Positions 26,870 through 36,387 of a DNA stretch of 64,000 bases are shown here, in pieces. The translations under genes and the position numbers were made by a program. The number at the start of each line of letters is the position of its first letter. The stretch's first letter is position 1. The stretch lies in the IMG/VR virus record IMGVR_UViG_3300049846_001252. One strand, 5' to 3'. The notes below the pieces were generated by a model. That model was not told the origin of the DNA and searched no databases. It saw nothing but the letters and a program-made list of their open reading frames with translations. The DNA comes from a virus (lineage: Duplodnaviria; Heunggongvirae; Uroviricota; Caudoviricetes).

Positions 26870-27728
26870 ACTAGAAATTGGATTATTTGCATTTATCGGC
26901 GTATTCGCCGGATTTACTGCGTTTACTCTATTGAATAATAAGGTCGGGAAACATACCGAAAAGAACGCGCAGACGAGCCAAGTGCAAATACTTTCTCCTT
27001 CGATAAAATCGCAAGAGTCATCTACGGCAATTACTGGGGAGCGAGAAGTACAGGCAGGAAAAGAAGTAAAGGTTATGGAACTTCCTGGAGCAAGAACTTT
27101 AAATCTTGCAGGAGTAGTGAATTCAAACGCAATCATTTTATCATATAAAATTGCAGAACTTTCAAAACAGAGCAAAGATCCAATTTATTTAGTAATCGAC
27201 AGCCCCGGCGGTTCAGTATTAGCAGGTGGAATTCTTCTATCAGCAATGCAAGCATCTAGAGCCCCAATTTATACAATTTGTCACAGTCTTTGTGCAAGTA
27301 TGGCAGCAATGATTCATCAGTACGGGGCTAAGCGATTAACGGTAGACAGATCTATCCTGATGTTCCATCCGGCCAGCGGCGGAGCCGAAGGCGACATAGA
27401 CCGTATCCAATCAATGATTTCTATGATCCAAAAGTATGTAGGTAAAATGGAAGCAGACGTTGCTGCGCGTTTAGGATTAAAGCCTGAAGCATACAAAGCT
27501 TTGTCGGTAAATGAGCTATGGTTAGATAGTGACGATCAACTTAAAATGAATGCAGCAGACGAGTTGGTTAGTATCAGCTTAAAACAAGATCTTTTTGAAG
27601 ATGATAATGGAGATATGTCCAATCGAGTAGCACAACAGTCTAATGCTAAAAATTATTTATCAAAAGAACTACTTCTCGGTCGAGACGTTATCTGGATTAT
27701 GCCCGGCATTAAGTACGAGGTTAAATAA
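26799..27728 (+). CDS. ClpP-like (S14) serine protease with N-terminal membrane anchor
   Basis: N-terminal TM; LVIDSPGGSV, catalytic-Ser context CASMAAMI (cf. AASMGA), His context LMFHPASGG (cf. IHQPLGG). Confidence 0.6.
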   Translation: MIDLSNSKEKKAKMSKSSLTTLTKLEIGLFAFIGVFAGFTAFTLLNNKVGKHTEKNAQTSQVQILSPSIKSQESSTAITGEREVQAGKEVKVMELPGARTLNLAGVVNSNAIILSYKIAELSKQSKDPIYLVIDSPGGSVLAGGILLSAMQASRAPIYTICHSLCASMAAMIHQYGAKRLTVDRSILMFHPASGGAEGDIDRIQSMISMIQKYVGKMEADVAARLGLKPEAYKALSVNELWLDSDDQLKMNAADELVSISLKQDLFEDDNGDMSNRVAQQSNAKNYLSKELLLGRDVIWIMPGIKYEVK

Positions 27729-27730
27729 CT

Positions 27731-27964
27731 ATGAATGAATCAGGCTTATTAGCTTTAGTCGTTTTAATTGGCGGAATTTATGTATTTTTTAGAAATAGAA
27801 TTACTGACGCAATTAAAAATGAACATACTGAAAAAGAAAAAGAACTTGCCGATCAGCAGCAGCTTTTAGAAAAAGATCTAGAGATTTTAAAAGCAGATCG
27901 TGGGACTGTACCTCCCCCAGACCTAGATCCAAAAGAGGTAGAAAAATACTGGAGAAATAATTAA
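27731..27964 (+). CDS. small N-terminal-TM coiled-coil protein (i-spanin- or holin-like?)
   Basis: TM LLALVVLIGGIYVFF, then a coiled coil. Confidence 0.3.
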   Translation: MNESGLLALVVLIGGIYVFFRNRITDAIKNEHTEKEKELADQQQLLEKDLEILKADRGTVPPPDLDPKEVEKYWRNN

Positions 27965-28336
27965 TTGCTTCGTTTTATCCTTATTTTTATATTATTACCT
28001 AATTTAGTTTTTGGAGCTTGCGATAAGCCGGTAAGCTATCTTCAAGAAAACGAAAAAGCTCCATGTACCGGATATTTACTTACTCCCGAAAAAGAGTATG
28101 AAGTTAGGACTAAGGTATATCAGTTCGATAAGCTTAATGAATTAGTCAATAAGCAGGATGAGATTATATCCGTTTTAAATAAACGAGTCGAGAATCAAAT
28201 AGCATACTCAACTTTACTTCAGAATGAATTGCAAGAGCGCAAAGAAAAAGACTTCTGGAGAAATAGCCTATATTTTTTACTCGGGGCGCTGGTAACTGGC
28301 GCAGTAAGCGTGGCGGTAATTAATAATGTCCGATAA
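27965..28336 (+). CDS. protein with N-terminal signal/lipobox-like (VFGAC), coiled coil and C-terminal TM (u-spanin-like?)
   Basis: hydrophobic N-terminus ending ...LVFGAC; C-terminal TM LYFLLGALVTGAVSVAV. Confidence 0.3.
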   Translation: MLRFILIFILLPNLVFGACDKPVSYLQENEKAPCTGYLLTPEKEYEVRTKVYQFDKLNELVNKQDEIISVLNKRVENQIAYSTLLQNELQERKEKDFWRNSLYFLLGALVTGAVSVAVINNVR

Positions 28337-28799
28337 TCATAAAAACAAGTCCAAAGAAGATTTAAAGAAACTAGCTGAAGAATTTGATGAGCAATTAGAC
28401 AATTCCAAAGTGGATGTTAACGTGCTTCATCAGGCAACGGAAGCGTACCGTTTTGCAATAGCTAACGACATTAAGCCGGGGGAAGACATAGTTCCATCTA
28501 TTGTCATTTATTACAAGTACGCCAATTGGAAGAATTGGAAGGACTTGGAACCATACCCAAACTTCTTCAAAGAATTCTTAAAATTATTTAAACGTTTTAG
28601 ACCAAGAAAAAAATCAGCAACAGGATACTACTTAGATAAAACCAAGTTCGATCTTACAAGGGATGGAATTCGGGAAGCAACATTGAAAGTACAAGTTCAT
28701 CATGAGAAGAAGCGCAAACAAAAAGAAATCATCAAAAAAATCAAGCAGACTAAAAAACGCATCGTCGAGCAAGCGAAACGCGAAGAAAAAGAAGAGTAG
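28326..28799 (+). CDS. hypothetical Lys-rich protein
   Basis: ORF; basic C-terminus. Confidence 0.4.
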   Translation: MSDNHKNKSKEDLKKLAEEFDEQLDNSKVDVNVLHQATEAYRFAIANDIKPGEDIVPSIVIYYKYANWKNWKDLEPYPNFFKEFLKLFKRFRPRKKSATGYYLDKTKFDLTRDGIREATLKVQVHHEKKRKQKEIIKKIKQTKKRIVEQAKREEKEE

Positions 28800-29190
28800 A
28801 TGGAATCTGTTGGATAATCTAAATCCAACGAAAGCTCCTCGTGTTCGTAAGGAGTTGCTTGATGCCGATTATTTAAACAAATTATCCGATAAAGACCTAG
28901 AATGGTATGCCAAATTCATGAGTGAATGGGCCGGAGCTAATATAAAGAAGAGTAAGAAAACTAAACGTCCACTAACTAGGCATCTACATAAGTCTAACGC
29001 TAAAGCTAAGGAAATTTTCGACGCAAATAATCACAGGAATAATGACGTTCACGGAGTAACTAAAGCTAATGGATTATTGTACGATATCTCTAAAGAACGG
29101 GATTATATAACGAATCCGTCGTTAACTGAAGATGCGCTTATTGCAATGATAGACAATAAGGATGTAATTCCTCCTGAAACAGAGGACTAG
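28702..29190 (+). CDS. hypothetical protein (true start probably downstream of 28799; overlap with previous ORF is likely artefactual)
   Basis: ORF; N-terminal 30 codons are the alternate frame of the upstream gene. Confidence 0.3.
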   Translation: MRRSANKKKSSKKSSRLKNASSSKRNAKKKKSRWNLLDNLNPTKAPRVRKELLDADYLNKLSDKDLEWYAKFMSEWAGANIKKSKKTKRPLTRHLHKSNAKAKEIFDANNHRNNDVHGVTKANGLLYDISKERDYITNPSLTEDALIAMIDNKDVIPPETED

Positions 29191-29483
29191 AAAAGTTCTG
29201 TAATAATTTTTAAAACTTGAAGAACGCCTACAGCAATACCTACGGCTAATGAAATTAGTCCAATAAATTTAATTGAACCTTCAACCATGTTTATATGTCT
29301 CTGTACTGGCTTAAATTGATCTTGGATATCAGAAATATTCATTTCAGCAATTTCAGTCCGGCGAATATGTTCGGCCAAGTTAGCTTCTTGTTTAATTAAG
29401 GTTTTATCTACAGAGTCAAGACGTTCGTCTAGCTTGTCTAATTTTTCACTAAGATTCTGCATAATTTGGTCTTGCTTACTCAT
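29187..29483 (-). CDS. small coiled-coil protein with C-terminal TM (tail-anchored)
   Basis: heptad-rich N-terminus; C-terminal IGLISLAVGIAVGVLQVL. Confidence 0.4.
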   Translation of the reverse strand: MSKQDQIMQNLSEKLDKLDERLDSVDKTLIKQEANLAEHIRRTEIAEMNISDIQDQFKPVQRHINMVEGSIKFIGLISLAVGIAVGVLQVLKIITELF

Positions 29484-31236
29484 TTGGAGTCTCCTCTGGC
29501 TGATTCATCATCTCGCGCATCATCTCTCTAAAATCGGGACGCTGCATTAAACTAAATATTGCTGCATTTCTGCTAACATCACTTTTATTTTGAATAATAT
29601 TATCAATAATCTTAGCATAAGGTTCAAATCCTTTACCGAATTTTTGAACACCTAAATTTGCTAAATTTTTCATATTATCTGGAGTCATGTCGCTTAATTT
29701 TCGAGCACCTTTAGTTACAAACTCTTTACCGGATGTAACCGCTTGACCAGCAAGTTCTCCAGTCTTAACTGCCCCAAGCTGCATAGGAGAACCCTTTTCA
29801 GATTTTTTAGCTAAGTCTAACAGTCGAGATGTTTTCTTAGCAGATTCCATAATATTTGCCGCTTCAGGATTTAAGTCCTTTAGAGAAGGAACCTCAGTTC
29901 CGCTCTTAGGATTTTTAAATCCCTTAGATACTAGTTCTTCAGTGCCTACTCTTACTTTTGGTTCAGAGGCCAATTTTTGTAATTTATTGGAGATACCTTG
30001 AATTACATCCGGAGCCTCACCTAATTTAATCTGTTCAAAGGGGTTCTCTTTTGCTAAAGCTTCGGACATAGCTAGATTACTAGAAATATCTTTATTTAAT
30101 TGTTGTATAGGAACTGCTTTTCCGAGTTCTTCTTCAGATTGCCTTGCTGCTTTTAACGCAAGATTGGCAAAATCGGAGTCCTGTATTGCTTTATCGCCCA
30201 TCGGACTATATTTTTTAATTGCCTGAATTACATCATTAGCTTGTTCTGGAGTTAGCTTATCGGCACTTTGTTTAGAAAAATTTTCGTCAAGCAAACTTAA
30301 TATTGTTTTCTTTGCTTGTTTTTCGGCATCATTACGTGCTGGCATAACTTCGGCTTCAGATCTAATTTGTCGTAACGTATCTTTTAAATTAACAGATTTA
30401 GCTTCGTTTGCTTTTAGAGCACTAGTACGCTTAGATGTTGCCTTACCCGCAGCTTCTTGTAAAGCTCCGTATAAGTCTTCGGCAGATTTATTAATTTTCT
30501 GAGTGAGTTTGTCAGTTTGACCAGATATTTTTTGGCCAGCTTTTGACGCACGATATGCATCCAATAAATCTTGAACTGCCTGAGTATTTTTTATTTTTTC
30601 CCCAACAGCTTTTGTCCCACGACCAACAGTCTTAGCCGTAGCAACTGCGGAAGGAATAGCAATTCCACCAACCAGTTGCGCACCTAACATACCCGCACCA
30701 GTGTCCATTGCAGCTTCACCGACTTCACCTTTAGTTAAGTCAGCTTTAGATGTCCCTAAACCGGCAGCAGCCCCCATTGCCATTAATTCAGGATTTACTA
30801 GAGCAGAAGGAATTTTACCAACAGAAGTAGGGAAACCAGTAGGCATAGCGGCAGCAGTTAATAGACCTCCAGCAAGCTCTCCCGCGAACATAGTGCCTGG
30901 ATGTTGTTCTCTAGCCGATTCAATTCTTTTTCTTTCTTCATCACGAGCTTGTCTATATTGATCTAGTACAGAAGTTGGTCCAATGTCACCAGTAAATCCT
31001 TGAGCTTGTAATTCCTTAGCTTGTTCAACGGGAGAACCAGGGAGTAAATTTAGTCCAGCTTGAATTGCGCCAGCAAGTTCATCGGATGTTCCAACAGTTC
31101 CGCCTTGCTGAAGACCAATAAGTCCGGCTTCGCCTTGACCCACAGAAAGTGGAGGGACAGCATCAAGTTCTTGAGTTTCGTCAAAAACTGGTTCAGTATC
31201 ATCAAAATGCGGAATTTCTTCTTTATTATTGCTCAT
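29476..31236 (-). CDS. Gly/Ala-rich virion protein (putative internal/ejection or tail protein)
   Basis: 586 aa; GxxxG/glycine-zipper-like stretches; lies in the structural operon. Confidence 0.35.
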   Translation of the reverse strand: MSNNKEEIPHFDDTEPVFDETQELDAVPPLSVGQGEAGLIGLQQGGTVGTSDELAGAIQAGLNLLPGSPVEQAKELQAQGFTGDIGPTSVLDQYRQARDEERKRIESAREQHPGTMFAGELAGGLLTAAAMPTGFPTSVGKIPSALVNPELMAMGAAAGLGTSKADLTKGEVGEAAMDTGAGMLGAQLVGGIAIPSAVATAKTVGRGTKAVGEKIKNTQAVQDLLDAYRASKAGQKISGQTDKLTQKINKSAEDLYGALQEAAGKATSKRTSALKANEAKSVNLKDTLRQIRSEAEVMPARNDAEKQAKKTILSLLDENFSKQSADKLTPEQANDVIQAIKKYSPMGDKAIQDSDFANLALKAARQSEEELGKAVPIQQLNKDISSNLAMSEALAKENPFEQIKLGEAPDVIQGISNKLQKLASEPKVRVGTEELVSKGFKNPKSGTEVPSLKDLNPEAANIMESAKKTSRLLDLAKKSEKGSPMQLGAVKTGELAGQAVTSGKEFVTKGARKLSDMTPDNMKNLANLGVQKFGKGFEPYAKIIDNIIQNKSDVSRNAAIFSLMQRPDFREMMREMMNQPEETPNE

Positions 31237-32611
31237 ATCTTAAAAATTTCTTAGTTTTGGCATCAAATATTGCTATACGACCATCTTTAGTTTGTCTACG
31301 AACTTCGCCCTCACCTGGCATTTTATCCTGCACTTTAGGTGCAATTTTATCAACACCTAGCCAACGAGAAACATCCTCACGCTGAACTCCAGGCATAATA
31401 CCTTGCGCCGTTTGTAAACCAGTATCAACAAAAAATTCAGAACGATTTTTGATGTCTTGGTCTAATGATTTAGACATTAATTTAGTAAAACGTTTAAAGA
31501 ACTTAATGTCAGCGTCAGTCATTTTTCCTTGAGCATTCATGAATAAACGATTGATTGCGGCAGGAACTCCACCAGCACCAGCAAATTTAACTAGGTCTTG
31601 ATCAGTAAGAACGCCTTTTTGTCCGGCCATTTTTGCTGCCTGAGTCTGGATTCCACCAAGTAATCCTGAATCGACATCCTTATATAAAGAAGACGCATCA
31701 ATGCCTTTAGACAATTTACTTTCTAAATTAGTAATAGAAGTAGCGACCTCTCTGGATTCTTGCATATCTTTTAATAGCTGTTCCCTGTTTTTTTCCATCA
31801 CTTTTGCTTGTTCTGGAGCGGCTCGCATAAATTCGCCGTATTCAATTGGTTTACGCCTTTCTTCAGATTTTGGTGAAGGTTTACCGGAGACAGCAGAATA
31901 ATCAGTAGGCTTAATAACCATTCCGCCGCCAGTCATTAAACCGTATTGTCCAGTTAATAAATCTCTACGAGCTATATCTCTCGGAGTTGCAACATCAGAT
32001 GCAACAGGATCTCCAGTTATACCGTCAGCGTATTGTCCAGTTCTACGATTAAATTTAACAGGGTGTCCGTTAGGGAGCACTCTGTCAGTTGCAATCCACT
32101 CCATCTGATTATTTGGCTGAGAAGCTTTTAATAATAATTTTAATCTATCAGATTCTAACTTCTGAGCATCTTTAATATCTTGAACTTTTTGTGTGCCCAT
32201 TTTTTGAATAAGGCCAACACCTTCTTCATTAGCACCAATTTTTCCACCATAGCCAGCAGCAATAGCTTGAGCAATTTGACTTCCACCTAAGAGCATTCCG
32301 GCATTAAGATCGGTTTGATTTCGGGCAGCAATAGCTTCAGCCATTGGATCATTTTGCTTAGTCTGATTATGATAGGCAGATAATAGTTGTTCAAATTTTG
32401 ATAAATCTGGGCGAGAAGAAATTTCGGGCTGAGCCGCAACGGACGGCTCATTTGCTGGAGGAGGCGTAGCAGGAACCAAAGGAATCTCTGGTTGTTGCAT
32501 TTTATCAGATTCGGCAATTTCTTGGTCAATCAATGGACCTTGCATTTGACGGTACTGCTCCAGTAGAGTTTCTATATCCTTGTTATCTTCGTCATTCATA
32601 AATTCTGCCAT
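31226..32611 (-). CDS. putative virion structural protein
   Basis: 461 aa; in the structural operon. Confidence 0.35.
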   Translation of the reverse strand: MAEFMNDEDNKDIETLLEQYRQMQGPLIDQEIAESDKMQQPEIPLVPATPPPANEPSVAAQPEISSRPDLSKFEQLLSAYHNQTKQNDPMAEAIAARNQTDLNAGMLLGGSQIAQAIAAGYGGKIGANEEGVGLIQKMGTQKVQDIKDAQKLESDRLKLLLKASQPNNQMEWIATDRVLPNGHPVKFNRRTGQYADGITGDPVASDVATPRDIARRDLLTGQYGLMTGGGMVIKPTDYSAVSGKPSPKSEERRKPIEYGEFMRAAPEQAKVMEKNREQLLKDMQESREVATSITNLESKLSKGIDASSLYKDVDSGLLGGIQTQAAKMAGQKGVLTDQDLVKFAGAGGVPAAINRLFMNAQGKMTDADIKFFKRFTKLMSKSLDQDIKNRSEFFVDTGLQTAQGIMPGVQREDVSRWLGVDKIAPKVQDKMPGEGEVRRQTKDGRIAIFDAKTKKFLRYEQ

Positions 32612-32616
32612 TTTAT

Positions 32617-33660
32617 TTATCCAATATCGCTAGGGTCAAAATAAGAACCACCAGCCATTGTTGTTCCTTGAACTTGCGTACTAGGATTAGTAGTTTTAGC
32701 TTTAGATGCACCATATGCTCCTAAACCAGTACCTACACCCTGCCCAATTCCTGCCCACATAGCTGCGGCACCAGCAGCAGCTTGATCGGCAGCATTAGCC
32801 ATTCCTTGATATTGTCCGGAACGACCAGCAGCAAGATTCATTCTATTTTGAAATTCTTGTTGTGCTAAATTTTTATTATACATCTGTTCTTGGTTACGTA
32901 AACCGACGTTTTGTCCAGCAATATTCTGTTTAGTCTCTAAATTTCTCAATTGAGCTTGGTTTACTCCAGCAACATTTCTCTGACCAACATTTTGTTGATT
33001 AGCTAAATTAAACTGAGCAATTGCATCACGAGCGCGGGCTAAATCGGATTGTTCTCCGTATTCTTGTCCACGAGTTTGTCCTGCCATAGATGCTTGTTGA
33101 GCCAGTGCTTGCATTCTTGCTTGTTGCATAGCTTTAGCTTCTTCTAACTGAGCTTGTTGTAGTCTATCCGCACCGCGTTGGGATGCAGTTAGTCTAGCAA
33201 TAAGTTCTGCTCCGCTTCCACCTTGACCTCTAGCTTGCATTTCTTGTAAAATCTGTTGTTGTTTGGCTTCGGATTCTTGTGCCGCATTTCTGCGAGCTAA
33301 TTCAAACGCCGCCATATCTCCAGGTTTAATTTCACCAGAAGCTAATCCTGACATTTGTTCTAATGCTGACATTTGTGCCGCACGAAGACGCGGGTCTAAA
33401 GAAACCTGCTCCATTCCAGTCGGACCCATCGCTAAGGCAGTTTCAGTTTGAGGATTATAATCTCCTAAGTATTGCATTAATTCCATTGATACTCGTTGGC
33501 GCTCGGCATCAGGAACAGATATTCCCGCAAATTCAGCTAATGCGCGTTGTCTTGCAGCGTTAGCATCATCTCTGGCTCGACCTGCTTGATCGGCACCGAT
33601 TAATCCGCCAACTACTGGAGCAGCGACGGAACCTATGAGAGCAATTGTGAGTGGATCCAT
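32617..33660 (-). CDS. Gln/Ala-rich low-complexity virion protein
   Basis: 347 aa; QQA/QN repeats. Confidence 0.35.
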   Translation of the reverse strand: MDPLTIALIGSVAAPVVGGLIGADQAGRARDDANAARQRALAEFAGISVPDAERQRVSMELMQYLGDYNPQTETALAMGPTGMEQVSLDPRLRAAQMSALEQMSGLASGEIKPGDMAAFELARRNAAQESEAKQQQILQEMQARGQGGSGAELIARLTASQRGADRLQQAQLEEAKAMQQARMQALAQQASMAGQTRGQEYGEQSDLARARDAIAQFNLANQQNVGQRNVAGVNQAQLRNLETKQNIAGQNVGLRNQEQMYNKNLAQQEFQNRMNLAAGRSGQYQGMANAADQAAAGAAAMWAGIGQGVGTGLGAYGASKAKTTNPSTQVQGTTMAGGSYFDPSDIG

Positions 33661-33675
33661 TTTATATATTCCTTT

Positions 33676-35934
33676 TTATTTTCCAGGCATCATCTTAATG
33701 TTTTGACTTTGCCAAACATTAGGATTAATTAATTCTTGTAATTGTTGTTGTAAAGTTTTCTTTTGAGTTTCATAGCCGCCTTGAATGCCAGCTTTACCTT
33801 CAGCACCCAGTAATCTAGCTTTATTTTCTGCAACAGCAGCAATACGTGCTTGTGGACTAGATGTATCAGGAACCATTACATTTTTATAACTTTGAGTTGC
33901 CCAATCATATTGTAATTCTTGTCTCTTTGGTATTTGACTCTTTAATGTATTTGCATAACTAGTAAGCTGATTTATATCGTTAGAAGCTAACGCTCCTCTA
34001 GCTTGATCGGCTAATTCTTTAGAAGCACTAGCTCCAATAGTAGTTTCCATTCCACCAGAAGACATCATTTTTGATATGTCATTATATTTACCACTAATAG
34101 CTGCATCTAACGTATCTGCCGCACCACCTACCGAAAATTGATTCCCAGTTCCCATAATTCTATCTAATGCTGCTTGATTTTCTTTTAATCGTCTCTGGTA
34201 TTCACGCTCTAATCCAACTTGCTGTTGAGATAATTGACTAGTATCCTTAGCTCCGCCGGTAGTAAGAACATTTCCATAACCTTTTTGTTGTAGATATGAA
34301 AAGATTTGATCTTCTAAATTTTGACGAGCCTTAGCTCTTGCTGCGCGTTCAGCACCGGCACTATCTCCCCCACCTAATATGCTGGAAATACCAGAAACCG
34401 CACCGAGCAAAGCTCCGGTAGTCGGTCCGCCCAGTCCACCAGTTAACAATGCAGAAGCAGGTAAATTATTCATAATTGCGTTAGATGCCGCACCACTTAT
34501 ATCAGACACTCCTGGACTAGAGACTCTAGATCCACCAACAAACTGTTCATTGGCTTTAGAAATTAAATCGCCGACATTACCGTAAGCGTATTCTGTAGAC
34601 TCACCGCTTCCCCCGAATAAGCCTCCGCTATAGCTCTCTCTACCTACACCAGTAAGGGTAGTTCCCATAGCTTCTTTAATAAAATTTTCACGAGCACGAG
34701 CAAGTCTTGCGCTTAATGCGTCTTCATTAGTTTTAAATTTTGCAGCAGCGTCTAGATCTCCGGCTTTTGTCAGAAGCAAGTCGGATTCTTGTGGCCCGAC
34801 GAATTGTCCTTGAGCGCCAAGTCCGCCTTTAGATAGTTGAGCCAATGCTTTATAATAATCAACATCTTTTTGTTGAGCGACATCACGATATGACTGAGCG
34901 TTTCTGGCAGAAATATCAGCAATTTGTTCTAATGTTAAATTAGGATCATTCAAAACATTATAGGTTTGTTGACCTAATTCTAATCCGGCATTACTAAATA
35001 AATCCTCATCAAGAGTTTGACCGGGAGCTTTTCCAGTCAGTGTATTAAAAAATTTACGGTATTTTTCTCTCTCAGCTTCGCGGGCAGCGTTCACTCCACC
35101 GACTTGACCTTCAAGTCCTTGGATATAACCAGACTCTAAACCTTGAGCTTGACTAGTTAACTGTTCTTGTAGAGTTTTTTCTTGTCCAGCAAGTTGACCA
35201 ATATCTTGTCCCAATACTCCAGATTTTTGTTGTAATCCTTGAACCTGACCTTGTTGTCCGCGTACTACATTTTGTAATTTCTGGACATTATCTCCGCCGC
35301 CAGCCTGGAGAAATAATTGATCAAGTCTTTGTTGCCCAGAACTATATTGAGGTCGGGTTACGCCTCTTCCACCAAAGGCTTCTTGAAGTAAACCAAATCT
35401 TCCCTGTTCTGAGCCAATTTGACCAGCGCGGGCCTGTGTTTTTGCTAGTTGTTGCTGCGCAGCAACGTCGAGCCCTTGTTTTTGAGCACCTAATACTGCT
35501 TCATCTACATTTTGTCCAAAGCGAAATTTTGTAAAATCTTGAAGCCGATTTTGATCGCCAACAAATTGTTGTGCGTTAAAATCTTGTTGCTTCATCTGCT
35601 CACCGTAACCAGTACCACGAGCTAAGGTTTCTTTTCCTTGCTGGATATTTTGTCCAATTTTTTCTGCCTGAGTCTCGGCTTGCTTTTGTCCCGGCTGAAA
35701 TGTTCTAGTCATTTGCTGACTAATACCAGAACCCAGTCTTTCGCCAGCACCTTGATTTGCTTGAATATATTTTTGTAAATTAGTATATCTACCAGAACCT
35801 TGTCGTTGTTGGGCAGGAGGAGCGTTTGTTGCTTGTGGAGCAGAACCTATAGTTGGAGCTTCCCCGCCAGCACCAGTCTGTTGTTGCTGTTGATTCTCGT
35901 CTTGTTGTTCTTGGGGATTTAGTACAACGGCCAT
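33676..35934 (-). CDS. Gln/Gly-rich low-complexity virion protein
   Basis: 752 aa; poly-Q N-terminus; GG-rich. Confidence 0.35.
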   Translation of the reverse strand: MAVVLNPQEQQDENQQQQQTGAGGEAPTIGSAPQATNAPPAQQRQGSGRYTNLQKYIQANQGAGERLGSGISQQMTRTFQPGQKQAETQAEKIGQNIQQGKETLARGTGYGEQMKQQDFNAQQFVGDQNRLQDFTKFRFGQNVDEAVLGAQKQGLDVAAQQQLAKTQARAGQIGSEQGRFGLLQEAFGGRGVTRPQYSSGQQRLDQLFLQAGGGDNVQKLQNVVRGQQGQVQGLQQKSGVLGQDIGQLAGQEKTLQEQLTSQAQGLESGYIQGLEGQVGGVNAAREAEREKYRKFFNTLTGKAPGQTLDEDLFSNAGLELGQQTYNVLNDPNLTLEQIADISARNAQSYRDVAQQKDVDYYKALAQLSKGGLGAQGQFVGPQESDLLLTKAGDLDAAAKFKTNEDALSARLARARENFIKEAMGTTLTGVGRESYSGGLFGGSGESTEYAYGNVGDLISKANEQFVGGSRVSSPGVSDISGAASNAIMNNLPASALLTGGLGGPTTGALLGAVSGISSILGGGDSAGAERAARAKARQNLEDQIFSYLQQKGYGNVLTTGGAKDTSQLSQQQVGLEREYQRRLKENQAALDRIMGTGNQFSVGGAADTLDAAISGKYNDISKMMSSGGMETTIGASASKELADQARGALASNDINQLTSYANTLKSQIPKRQELQYDWATQSYKNVMVPDTSSPQARIAAVAENKARLLGAEGKAGIQGGYETQKKTLQQQLQELINPNVWQSQNIKMMPGK

Positions 35935-35967
35935 AAGTACGTGATAACACTCCTATATATTTACTTG

Positions 35968-36387
35968 TTAACCTATTAACTCTAAAGTTAAGCTATATTG
36001 GCTATTAGCCTGTAAACCTGTTATATTTAATATAGTTACAATGTCTCCAGAATACGTAAATGATACAAACGGGGCAGCAGTTGGGTATATCCCAGGATTA
36101 GTCTGATTTGATGCGGAAACAACACTCATACCTCTAACCTTTCCCGATTTTAAATTAAACTTAATTTGCGGGTTATTTATGACAAATCCGCTTCCGTCAA
36201 TGTTAACTGATACTGTAACTAACTGTCGATTTAGATTATCGAAATCTATACCCTTATCAAAAATATTAATTACCTGATCAGCAAAAGTATTAAAACTGTA
36301 AGCAACTTTACTTACAAGTTCTTGATCTTGCGACTTAAAATCTTCAGCACGTAATCTTTTGATATCGGGAATGCGTGAGATAACTAC
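35968..36387 (-). other. 139-codon open frame directly in frame after the TAG stop of the 1152-aa gene; only ATG is at 36129 (would give a 53-aa ORF)
   Basis: translated by hand: 86 sense codons after TAG(36388..36390) with no ATG/GTG/TTG, then M...; ends TAA 35968..35970. Confidence 0.45.

Noticed and set aside
30701-31385. Plus-strand ORFs antisense to the structural genes (30701..30961, 31060..31254, 31149..31385, and similar ones at 33263..33563, 34379..34585, 38528..38749, 39239..39505, 43056..43256, 44521..44763)
   Set aside because: All lie wholly inside long minus-strand genes with strong coding character, and their Ala/Ser/Pro-rich products are the mirror frames of GC-richer repeats.
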